From: an uncultured bacterium
GTDB lineage: Bacteria; Acidobacteriota; Thermoanaerobaculia; Multivoradales; J023
Assembly: GCA_965371445.1 (NCBI GenBank)
Contig: CBDUYN010000036.1
Span: forward strand, 100 to 64,099
Length of the DNA: 64,000 nucleotides
Direction of reading: 5' to 3'
Below the pieces are notes generated by a model. It saw only the letters and a program-made list of their open reading frames with translations. It was not told the origin of the DNA and made no database searches. Positions within the stretch are counted from its first letter, which is position 1. The number at the start of each line of letters is the position of its first letter. A program made the position numbers and the translations under genes. Below, piece after piece: positions 53,201 through 58,976 of this stretch.

Positions 53201-55212
53201 GACTCCAGCCGGCCGCGCAGCTCCATCGCCATCAGCGAGTCGAGGCCGAAGCTGGTCAGCGGACGATCCACGGCGATCTCGGCGGTCGCGACGCGCAGCC
53301 GGCGCGCCGCCTCACGGCACAGGTAGGAGAGCAGGAGCGTCCGGCGCTCGGCGGCGCCAAGGCCCTCGAGGTCGTGTCGCGAGAGGCTCGCCTCGCCTTC
53401 GGCTTCGGCGCCCCAGTCATACGGGGGCGCGCCTCCGGCGCGACCGCTCTCGCCGTCGCGTTCGGCGGCGCTCGAGCTCAGGACGCTCTCCCCCACCGTC
53501 CGGAGCTCGCCGGCCAGGTAGGCGTCGCGGCAGGCGCGGCGCTGGATCTTGCCGCTCGAAGTCTTGAGCAGGGTCCCGGTGCGGATCAGCACCACCGCGT
53601 GCACCCCCACCTCGTGCTCGTCGGCGATCGCCCGGCGTACCGCCTCGGCCACCCTCTCCACGTCCCGGGGGTCTTTGCCGAGACGGGCGTCGCGCCGCCC
53701 CTCCATCACCAGCACCAACCGCTCTCCGCCTTCGACGTCGACCGAGAACGCGGCGCTCGAGCCCAGGCGCAGCGCACCGTGGCTACGCTCCGCGGTCGCC
53801 TCGAGGTCGTGGGGATAGAGGTTGCGGCCGCGCAGGATGACGAGCTCTTTCAGCCGGCCGGTGACGAAAAGCGAGCCGTCGGTGAGGAAGCCGAGGTCGC
53901 CGGTGCGCAGGTAGGAACCGGCGTCCTCTTCCCCGGCCGGGCGGGCGCAGAAGTCGCGGGCGCTGGCCGCGACTTTTTGCCAGTAGCCGCCGGCGACGCT
54001 CGGCCCCCGTACCCAGATCTCGCCCACCTGACCGTCGGCGAGGCGCTGCTCGCTCACCGGGTCGACGATCGCCACCTCCTGACCCAGCCAGGGCCGGCCG
54101 CTACCCACCAGCTCCCGGCCGGTGGCGGCCGGCGATCCGGCGGCCGGCTCGGCACGGTGCTCCTCGAGGGCCGCCTCGTCGAAGGTGCGCACCACCGGCG
54201 GCTCAAAGCGCTCGCCGCCGGTGACGAGGAGCGTCGTCTCGGCCAGACCGTAGCAGGGGTAGAAGGCCTCTCGCCGGAAACCGCACGGCCGAAAGGCCTC
54301 GGCGAACCGTTCCAGGGTGGAAGCGCGCACCGGCTCGGCGCCGTTGAAGGCCAGGGTCCAGCTCGTCAGATCGAGGCCTTCGCGCTCCTTGGCCTCGACG
54401 CGGTCGACGCAGAGGTCGTAGGCGAAGTTCGGTCCGCCGCCGGTCGTCGCGCGGTAGCGGTCGATCGCCCGGAGCCAGCGCAGGGGCTTTTCCAGAAAGG
54501 CCATCGGCGACATCAGCACACAGCTCGCGGCGACGTAGAGCGGTTGCAGGAGGTTCCCGATCAGGCCCATGTCGTGGTAGAGGGGCAGCCAGCCCACCAC
54601 CACCGACTCCTCGGTCATGCCGAAGGCACGGCGGATCATCTCCTCGTTGTGCAGCAGGTTCGAATGGCTCACCATGGCGCCCTTGGGGTCGCCGGTCGAG
54701 CCCGAGGTGTACTGGAGGAAGGCCAGCGTGTCGCCGGCGACGCCGCCGGCTCGCCAGGCACCGGCGTCGGCGTCGTCGATCCCGTCGGTCTCCACCCAGA
54801 TCGCCGCCGCAAGCGGCGGGCTCTGGGCGGCGAGCACGTCGGAGCGCCCGCGGATCTCCGCCGTGGTGAGCACGGCCGCCGGAGCGCAGTCGCCGAGGAT
54901 CGCCAGGAGCCGCGGCTGGACCCGGCGCCGGCGCGGCGGATAGGCGGGCACCGCCACCACCCCGGCGTAGAGACAGCCGAGGAAGGCGGCGACGAAGTCA
55001 AGACCCGACGGATAGAGCAAGAGCGCCCGCTCGCCCTGGAGGCCGACCTCCTGGAGCCACGCCGCGACGGCCCGCGCCCGGCGGTCGAGCTCGCCGTAGG
55101 TGAGCCGCGCCGCCTCGACCTCCCCGTCGGCCAGGAAGGTGTAGGCCCGGCGCTCCGGATCTTCCTCGGCATGGCCGCGCAGTAGCTCGACCAGGGTCTT
55201 GGGGTTGATCAT
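44272..55212 (-). CDS. Loading and mixed megasynthase: FAAL-ACP-C-A(Gly)-T-KS-AT-KR-DH-T
   Basis: ORF 44272..55227. The track start is TTG 55227. ATG 55212 (MINPKTLVELLRGHAEEDPERRAYTFL) looks more likely, but the start is uncertain by 15 nt. FAAL: FLQYTSGSTGDPKG, WLPLYHDMGLIG, GGPNFAYDLCV. ACP: LTSFGLDSLMAMEL. C: HPLSYGQEALYF, VVHHAVADFWS. A: LAYVIYTSGSTGKPKG. T: DNFFDLGGHSLLAAR. KS: TACSSSLVAVH, EAHGTGTELGD, KTNVGHLDTAAG. AT: FLFSGQGSQY, GHSIGEY, SHAFHS. KR: VTGGLGGVGL ... DYCAANAF. DH: HPLLG ... LAEHRIAGRPTVPGATYLE ... HPALLD. T: DNFFELGGTSLVGVQ. Confidence 0.92.
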   Translation of the reverse strand: MINPKTLVELLRGHAEEDPERRAYTFLADGEVEAARLTYGELDRRARAVAAWLQEVGLQGERALLLYPSGLDFVAAFLGCLYAGVVAVPAYPPRRRRVQPRLLAILGDCAPAAVLTTAEIRGRSDVLAAQSPPLAAAIWVETDGIDDADAGAWRAGGVAGDTLAFLQYTSGSTGDPKGAMVSHSNLLHNEEMIRRAFGMTEESVVVGWLPLYHDMGLIGNLLQPLYVAASCVLMSPMAFLEKPLRWLRAIDRYRATTGGGPNFAYDLCVDRVEAKEREGLDLTSWTLAFNGAEPVRASTLERFAEAFRPCGFRREAFYPCYGLAETTLLVTGGERFEPPVVRTFDEAALEEHRAEPAAGSPAATGRELVGSGRPWLGQEVAIVDPVSEQRLADGQVGEIWVRGPSVAGGYWQKVAASARDFCARPAGEEDAGSYLRTGDLGFLTDGSLFVTGRLKELVILRGRNLYPHDLEATAERSHGALRLGSSAAFSVDVEGGERLVLVMEGRRDARLGKDPRDVERVAEAVRRAIADEHEVGVHAVVLIRTGTLLKTSSGKIQRRACRDAYLAGELRTVGESVLSSSAAERDGESGRAGGAPPYDWGAEAEGEASLSRHDLEGLGAAERRTLLLSYLCREAARRLRVATAEIAVDRPLTSFGLDSLMAMELRGRLESDLGFAPELAAMLEGASLAELADEVLEGLADDAPEPIPATGETEGEHPLSYGQEALYFLHCLAPESPAYNVAAAARLLGELDTGALRRAFRRLVERHPALRTSFRDPHGEVTQEVHADAAKGFSFHVEEAAGWDEARWRDRLAEEAHRPFDLRQCPLLRVRILERGPGEHFLLLVVHHAVADFWSLAVLLEELGVAYLAEKENRPLPLAPLALRYSDYVAFERRALEGEERERLEGYWLDSLAGSLEPLDLATDKPRPPVQTWNGAVRRAAVPAALGERLSELAGRSGATLYMVLLAAFQALLHRYTGQRRILVGSPTAGRLRPELEGLVGYFVNSLVMRGDLAGETTWRGFLSQTRRTVLDAFRHQGYPFDLLVERLHPERGVSRSPIFQVLFTLQQAPRLRREGLDAFALGREGTRLVLGGLEWESIELETRAAQFELSLTAAAVDAEVGLSLQYNRDLFEGSTVERLLGHLRCLLESAVAEPERRLADLEMLAAAERRQLLHDWNVTAADYPRELCLHQLVEAQARRTPEAVAVVACEGGELSYGELEARAAWLAARLIRLGVGPDVAVGLAIEPSLDMVVALLGVLKAGGAYVPLDPAYPEERLTYMLEDACRAQELRLLVTRRRERRLLDGLAAAASEVLEIDAEPSPEAASGPGPPAPRGENLAYVIYTSGSTGKPKGVEIPHRAVVNFLASMRRRPGLEPRDVLLAVTTLAFDIAVLEIFLPLTVGARLVLAGRDLVTDGLRLGQEIAQRGVTVMQATPATWRLLLESGWRGRPGLKMLCGGEALPAELAARLVEKGQSLWNMYGPTETTIWSAVRRVGAGEEPVQVGGVIANTRLHVLDARLEAVPIGVPGEVWIGGDGLAWGYRGRPGLTAERFVPDPFAAELGSASGERLYRVGDLARYRDTGNLEFLGRVDYQVKVRGYRIELGEIEAALAGHPAVRQAVVVVHGDDPGDPRLVAYLVDGEDEAADDGELRRFLRHGLPDYMVPSAFVRLDELPLLPNGKVDRRALPAPRTAAPRATAAVRKLPRTELEQTLAELWCKVLDVEVVGLHDNFFDLGGHSLLAARLHRLLVERLERDDVTVVDLFQYPTIDALARRLAPEEAVPEPHRVRRKALAERMDVAIVGMAGRFPGARDVDAFWHNLCEGVESITFFTDDELAERVPGEVLADPRYVRARGVLDGAEDFDASFFGFTPREAEVMDPQHRLFLECAYEALENAGYDTRRYDGKIGLYVGVGMNTYLLHAGEDRLSRLAGSYQAFISNDKDFVPTRASYKLNLRGPSINVQTACSSSLVAVHLACQSLKAGESDMAMAGGVAVRVPQRQGYFYEEGGILSPDGHCRAFSKDSAGTVLGNGLGVVVLKDLERALAGGDSVLAVIKGSAINNDGSFKVGYTAPSVEGQEEVITAALDAAGVEPRSIGYVEAHGTGTELGDPIEVTALTQVFHRGGSRISHGGEVTHETGYCALGSVKTNVGHLDTAAGVAGLIKAVGALRHATIPPSLHFESANPKIPFAATPFFVPRERRDWRSHGRVRRAGVSSFGIGGTNAHVVLEEAPPPAPTSASSGVHLLLLSAKTSTALDAATRRLGEHLRTSDADLADVAFTLQVGRTAYEHRRFMVARDRDEAAAALAAVDPERLRPGRLDVQAAAPVRPGSSQARRGGLAAARRRVVFLFSGQGSQYLGMGRQLYDNEPVFKKEIGRCAELLQAEIGLDLREVLYPPAGTDLAAAAERLRETRLTQPALFAVEYALARLWMTWGVTPAAMAGHSIGEYVAACLAGVFNFGDALRLVAARGRMMQELPPGAMLAVGLGEGELLALLDSTTSLAAVNGPDDCVVSGPEREILALASELESSGVRHRRLHTSHAFHSSMMAPAVDPFVREVARLDLGEPDIPFVSNLTGTWITDEEATDPGYWGRHLAEPVRFADAVSRLAADPGIFLEVGPGHTLTTLARPQARGRVFVSSLPHPKDRDGVEEVMSSALGRLWQAGVEIDWDGFYFYREEHRRRLALPTYPFERKTYWVTAAPPREAPAERPALTRHDDVGRWLYAPVWKPSFLGAAAARPASPETWLLLVAGDALGVRLAKRLAANDRRLVTADVGELRGREGYAAFLEKLGEAPHRVVCAWPLDAPAAQLADAEAAVAALLALVQALAGLAGEAPVALDLVTRRAWRVQPQEAVEPAGAALWGLLEAVPQELRRLRCRSIDVDPDSEEDTGDLLDDLAAELETASAAERRVAWRGGGRWVRAFEPVTLPPAEPWLAPGAAYLVTGGLGGVGLVLARALVEATPLGDDGVRARLALVGRRSLPPREAWDATVAERGENDPLSRAIRGVRELEAAGAEVFAATADVADKDALAAVLEEARTRLGPIRGAIHAAGIAGGGLVETRSAAAAAAVLRPKVAGTRALYEALAGEPLDFLVLCSSINAVAGGFGQADYCAANAFLDAFAQAETRRLGGGRRGARILSLGWDRWRGVGMAAAGAPGHPLLGLRMVKTAEREVYRAIYTVAGQWVLAEHRIAGRPTVPGATYLEMARAAFAERAASRPLEIRDVVFPEPLVVDDGASREVLTVFDLEEAGEAARFRVLSRPAGSAEGWKEHCRGEVAVAAKAPAVLEQDFGEIERRMSGEITAEDAVARSSREFLVTGRRWQGLERVQVGEGELVAEISLPDDLASDLVRCELHPALLDIAVGYVQLVREGDYLPLSYERLRCHAALPQRFRSHLVLRGKEGGDTLSCDAVLFDTEGAVRVVVEGFSMKRLELAAVEELARMSSPANGSAEEETDLAAAILEGTVEPADAAEVLRRVLSAPRVPPHLVVSPRDLAAVQKAYADFDPTRLATELAGLDAPAERHDRGELSTEYVAPVAGLEKVIAEVWQRYLGVDEIGVHDNFFELGGTSLVGVQVVGELKRRLGREIATVSLFEAPSIKALAHHLEPPAEAEEAFAKTRSRASRRKAALGTTLKSRGKRPRRKIR
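45040..45745 (-). other. Dehydratase domain located after the KR
   Basis: GHPLLGLRM (about 45722-45745). LAEHRIAGRPTVPGATYLE, with the His codon at 45643-45645. HPALLDIAVG (about 45121-45160). Confidence 0.75.
45800..46410 (-). other. Ketoreductase domain of the FAAL megasynthase
   Basis: AYLVTGGLGGVGLVL (about 46361-46405) ... LVLCSSINAVAGGFGQADYCAANAFLDAF. Confidence 0.8.
53470..55212 (-). other. Fatty acyl-AMP ligase (FAAL) loading domain
   Basis: RRAYTFL...LTYGELDRRARAVAAWL, FLQYTSGSTGDPKG, WLPLYHDMGLIGNLL, GGPNFAYDLC, GDLGFL.DG.LFVTGR.K. An ACP follows (FGLDSLMAMEL, about 53221-53260). Confidence 0.85.
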
Positions 55213-55230
55213 CGCGACGGCTTCCAAGGT

Positions 55231-56265
55231 CTATTCCACGGTCCGCAAGTCGACGTAGCCGGGGTAGTCCTGGATGTGGGACAGGTCGTTCTCGAGGACC
55301 GCCACGTCGCCGCGCCGCTCGATTTCCTTGAAGCCGGCGAAGCGGTAGGTGACCACCATCAGCCGGTTGCGGCCGGTGGAGACGAGCTCGGCCCGTAGCC
55401 GGACGCCGGCGCCGCGTGCCCGCTTCATCAGGTATCCGAGGAGGATCGAGCCGACGCCCCGCGACATCACCCGGCACGACATCAAGAGCAGCTTGAGCGT
55501 CCAGACAACCTGTCCCAGCTCCACGAGAGCGAGGCCGATCTTGCCGTAGGTGCCGTACTTGTCCTCGAGGCTCGCGACCAGCAGCAGGTGGTCGTCCGAC
55601 TGGCGACACGCGTCGAGCTTCTCGTAGGAGTAGGTGACGCCGGTCGAGTTGAGCTGATGGGTGCGCACCGTCAGCTCCTCGGCACGCTGCAAGTCCTCTT
55701 CGCTCGCCGGAGCGATGGTGAAACGCATGTCGAGGGAGGCGAGGAACCCCTCGTCGGGTCCTTCAAATGCCTCCTGGACCTTGTTGCGCGTGGCGTCGGC
55801 CTGGTACATCCGGCGCCGGAGGGCCGACTCGTCGGTCAAGAAGCGCGGTATGAGCTCCGGCCGCTCTGCGAGCCCGGGAACTTCCTCAGCGTCGTAGACG
55901 AGCACCTCCGGCAGGGCGTAAGCCACCTCTTCGCGCTCGAAGGGCTGGTCGTCGACGAACGCGACGGCGTCGAGGCCGACGTTGATCGACTCGGCGATCC
56001 TCTTGATACCGGCCGACTTCGCCGACCAGCTGATCTGCGGATAGAGGAAGTAATGATCGAGGCCGAGGCGAGCCAGGGCCTCCATCGCCATCTCGGGGTC
56101 GTTCTTGCTGGCGATCGAGCACAGGATGCCGCGCTGGTCGAGCGCCTCCAAGGTCTCGCGGGCGCCGTCGCGCAGGCGCAGCTCGTCGCCCTCGATCAGC
56201 GTGCCGTGCCACAGGGTTTCGTCGAGGTCCCAGACCAGGACCTTGACGACGCGTTCTTTCTCCAT
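55231..56265 (-). CDS. FkbH-like protein (HAD-superfamily IIIC phosphatase / glyceryl-ACP loading enzyme)
   Basis: 344 aa. HAD motif I is VWDLDETLWHG. HAD motif III-like is AFVDDQPFERE. The C-terminal half carries LLLMSCRVMSRGVG, the conserved Cys motif of the FkbH-like domain. Its neighbours are an ACP, an acyl-CoA DH and a 3-hydroxyacyl-CoA DH. Confidence 0.82.
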   Translation of the reverse strand: MEKERVVKVLVWDLDETLWHGTLIEGDELRLRDGARETLEALDQRGILCSIASKNDPEMAMEALARLGLDHYFLYPQISWSAKSAGIKRIAESINVGLDAVAFVDDQPFEREEVAYALPEVLVYDAEEVPGLAERPELIPRFLTDESALRRRMYQADATRNKVQEAFEGPDEGFLASLDMRFTIAPASEEDLQRAEELTVRTHQLNSTGVTYSYEKLDACRQSDDHLLLVASLEDKYGTYGKIGLALVELGQVVWTLKLLLMSCRVMSRGVGSILLGYLMKRARGAGVRLRAELVSTGRNRLMVVTYRFAGFKEIERRGDVAVLENDLSHIQDYPGYVDLRTVE

Positions 56266-56289
56266 GTCCGTCCTCCCTCCCTGGCGATC

Positions 56290-57465
56290 TCAGAGCTCCG
56301 GCAACGGGAACCGCGGAATGAGATTCTGCTGGATCTGGGTCGTCCCCTCGATGATCTCCGTCACCTTGGCGTCGCGCAGGTAACGTTCCACGGGATAGTC
56401 CTCGGTCAGGCCGTTGCCGCCGAAAAGCTGCACCGCGGCATTTGCCGCGGCCACCGCGGTGCGCGAGGCCACGTACTTCGCCATCATCGTCTCGGCGGCC
56501 GCGGCGGGGTCGCCGTCCTGGCGCAGGGTGGCGGCGCGGCAGCAGAGCAGCCGCGCGGCATGCGTCGAGGTAAGCATCTCGGTGAGCTTGCGCCGTACCA
56601 GCTGGTGCTCGGAGATCGGCTTGCCGAACTGCACCCGCTCGCCCGTGTACTGAAACGACGCCTCCACACAGGCGCGGGCGATCCCCACCGAGCCCCAGGC
56701 GACGCTGAAGCGGCCCTGGTCGAGCGCCGTCGACGCGACGTGCGAGAAGCCGAAGCCGATGCGCCCCAGGATCTGCTCCGCCGGTACCCGGCAGTCCTCG
56801 AAGAAGACCTCCGCCACCCACGTCGCCCGCGTACCGGTGATGGTTCGCATCGGCCGGCGGGTGATCCCCGGCGTGTCACCCGGCACGAGCAGCGCGACGA
56901 GCTTGCCGCCGACTGGTTGGCCGTCTTTTGATCCTTCACAGCGCGCGAAGACCATGAAAACGTCGGCCACCTGTCCGAAGGTGACCCACTTCTTGCGGCC
57001 GTTCAAGACGAAGCTCTCGCCGTCGAGGCGCGCGGTGGTCTCGACCGCGGTGGCGTCGCTGCCCACGTTGGGCTCGGAGAGGCCGATGGCGGCGAGCTTC
57101 TCGCCGCTGGTGAGCTGGCGCAGGAGCTCGGGGTCGAGGTGGGTCCGGCCCCAGCGCCACACGGTGTAGGCGGTCATGTCGTGGACGGTCAGGAGCGACC
57201 GGGTCGAGGAGCAGGCGCGGGCGATCTCCTCGGTCAGGAAGCCGTAGAGCAGCGGATCCATGCCGCCGCCGCCCGACTCCTCGGGCAGGCCGGCGCCGAG
57301 GTAGCCCGCGTCGCGCAGCTTCTCGCGCATTTCCATCGGGACGGCCCCCGCCTTGTCCCACGCCGCCGCGTGGGGGGCGACGTGCTCGTCGACGAACTGG
57401 GCAAAGCGCTCCCGGGCCGCGCGCTGGGCAGGGGAGAGCTTCAGCCACATGCCGGATTCGCTCAC
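56290..57465 (-). CDS. Acyl-CoA dehydrogenase family protein (FkbI/ZmaE-like)
   Basis: 391 aa. GTG start at 57465, preceded by AGGAGGAGGA. Typical ACAD layout: AAIGLSEPNVGSDA, FVLNGRKKWVT, and C-terminal QLFGGNGLTEDYPVERYLRDAKVTEIIEGTTQIQ. Confidence 0.9.
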   Translation of the reverse strand: MSESGMWLKLSPAQRAARERFAQFVDEHVAPHAAAWDKAGAVPMEMREKLRDAGYLGAGLPEESGGGGMDPLLYGFLTEEIARACSSTRSLLTVHDMTAYTVWRWGRTHLDPELLRQLTSGEKLAAIGLSEPNVGSDATAVETTARLDGESFVLNGRKKWVTFGQVADVFMVFARCEGSKDGQPVGGKLVALLVPGDTPGITRRPMRTITGTRATWVAEVFFEDCRVPAEQILGRIGFGFSHVASTALDQGRFSVAWGSVGIARACVEASFQYTGERVQFGKPISEHQLVRRKLTEMLTSTHAARLLCCRAATLRQDGDPAAAAETMMAKYVASRTAVAAANAAVQLFGGNGLTEDYPVERYLRDAKVTEIIEGTTQIQQNLIPRFPLPEL

Positions 57466-57475
57466 GGTCCTCCTC

Positions 57476-57721
57476 CTATGCGGACGCGCCTCTCTTGCGC
57501 TCGACGAGGGCGTCGATGGCGTTCAGGCTCCGGAAGTTGTCGAGGTCCAGGTCCTCGTCCTCGACCGTGATGCCAAACTCCTTCTCGACGAACTGGACGA
57601 GTTGCATGGCCAGGAGCGAATTGACGAAGCCGAGGGCGAAGATGTCCTCGTCGGCCGCAAGCTCGTGGTTGCGCAGGAAGCGGGCGAGGAACTGCCTGGT
57701 CTTGGTCTTGCGGTCGTCCAT
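57476..57721 (-). CDS. Discrete acyl carrier protein (FkbJ/ZmaD-like)
   Basis: 81 aa and acidic. The candidate phosphopantetheinylation site is LGFVNSLLAMQLV. It sits between the two dehydrogenase genes with gaps of 10-12 nt. Confidence 0.78.
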   Translation of the reverse strand: MDDRKTKTRQFLARFLRNHELAADEDIFALGFVNSLLAMQLVQFVEKEFGITVEDEDLDLDNFRSLNAIDALVERKRGASA

Positions 57722-57733
57722 GGAATCGAACCT

Positions 57734-58600
57734 CTAGAGCGTGGTGGCGTAGTCGTAGAATCCGCGGCCGCTCTTGCGGCCCAGCTCGCCAGCGAAAACC
57801 ATCTTCTCGAGCAGCGGGCAGGGACGGAACTTAGGGTCCCGGTAGCTCTCCCAGAGCACCACGAGCGAGTCGAGGATGGTGTCGAGGCCGATCAGGTCTC
57901 CGGTCTCGAGCGGCCCCATCTTGTGGCCAAAGCAGGTCTTGAAGAGACGGTCGACGTCCTCGGCCGGCGCGACCCCGTCCTGGACCACGAAGATCGCCTC
58001 GTTGATGGTGAGCATCAGCACCCGGTTGGTGACGAAGCCCGGCATGTCGTTGACCACGATCCCTTCCTTGCCCATGCCGGCGAGGAAGGCGCGGGCCGTC
58101 TCGAGGGTCTCTTCCGAGGTGTGGTGGCCGCGGATCACCTCGACCGTGGGCTTGAGCGGTACCGGGTTCATGAAATGCATCCCTACGACCCGGTCGGGAC
58201 GCCGAGTGAGGGATCCGAGACGGGTGATGGAGATGCACGAGGTGTTGGCCGCCAACACGCACGGCTCGGGGCACACCTCGTCGAGCCGCGGGTAGACCTC
58301 GGCCTTCACTTCCCATTTTTCGATCACGTTCTCGACCACGAAGTCGGCCTTCGAGAGCGCCTCGTAGTCGGTGGTGGCCTCGATGCGCCCGAGGATCGTG
58401 GCCGCGCTCTCCGCGCCCTCGTTCTTCTTGGCGAAGAGGCTCTGCATGCGCAGGTTCTGCCGGATCTCCGAGCGCGCTCGCTCGAGCTGGGCCTCGCCGA
58501 GGTCGATCAGGACGATCCGGTGTCCGGTCTGGGCCAGGTTCTGAGACACGCCGACTCCCATGACGCCGGCTCCGATGACTCCGATGGTTTCTAGCTGCAT
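57734..58600 (-). CDS. 3-hydroxyacyl-CoA dehydrogenase family protein (FkbK/ZmaG-like)
   Basis: 288 aa. N-terminal Rossmann motif IGVIGAGVMGVGVS. HBD-type motifs GMHFMNPVP, PGFVTNR and GPLETGDLIGLD. It is the first gene of the operon, with GGGGAAGAAGG just before its ATG. Confidence 0.9.
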   Translation of the reverse strand: MQLETIGVIGAGVMGVGVSQNLAQTGHRIVLIDLGEAQLERARSEIRQNLRMQSLFAKKNEGAESAATILGRIEATTDYEALSKADFVVENVIEKWEVKAEVYPRLDEVCPEPCVLAANTSCISITRLGSLTRRPDRVVGMHFMNPVPLKPTVEVIRGHHTSEETLETARAFLAGMGKEGIVVNDMPGFVTNRVLMLTINEAIFVVQDGVAPAEDVDRLFKTCFGHKMGPLETGDLIGLDTILDSLVVLWESYRDPKFRPCPLLEKMVFAGELGRKSGRGFYDYATTL

Positions 58601-58754
58601 CCTTCTTCCCCTGAAAATCGGAAAACGGCCCCATTGGCGACATGAGCCCCCTGAGGGGTCCGTAGGGTCACGGGATCCTGAGACAGGCCAGACAAGGCAC
58701 GCTTCGGACGCCTCGCTGGGTCGATCTTTGTCGTTCGGGTGGCTTGACGGCTCA

Positions 58755-58778
58755 CTGAAGGGAATCCATCCCCTTCAG
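58755..58778 (-). promoter_or_regulatory. Perfect 8-bp-stem hairpin in the putative leader of the operon
   Basis: ctgaaggg / aatccatc / cccttcag. No U-tract follows on either strand, so it is not a classical intrinsic terminator. Confidence 0.3.
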
Positions 58779-58923
58779 ACACCTGACCTGAGGATGGACA
58801 CCGGAAGCAAGAACCGCCGGTGACAACTCGACCACGGAAGTCCGGCAGACGCCGGGCTCCTTCGACCAAAAAGACCAAACTTCCCGCTACCGCGCATCTT
58901 GCCCGACAGCACTCTCGGATCTT

Positions 58924-58952
58924 AAGATATCACAATCCTGCGCTCTTGTCGA
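58924..58952 (-). promoter_or_regulatory. Candidate sigma70-type promoter of the biosynthetic operon
   Basis: Minus strand: TCGACA (58947-58952), 17 nt, TGaTATCTT (-10 at 58924-58929 with a TGn extension). It lies in the only AT-richer patch of the 376-bp region between the CRTAC1-like stop and the first cluster gene. This is purely a motif match, and the host's promoter consensus is unknown. Confidence 0.25.
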
Positions 58953-58976
58953 GCCTGACATGAGCTTTCTGAGCTT

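Noticed and set aside
58591-58878. 95-aa minus-strand ORF in the leader region, and other small ORFs (58560..58823 +, 60630..60866 +, 61083..61400 +).
   Set aside because: They show no coding-type GC3 pattern, no ribosome-binding site and no recognisable family. They overlap better-supported genes or the putative leader.
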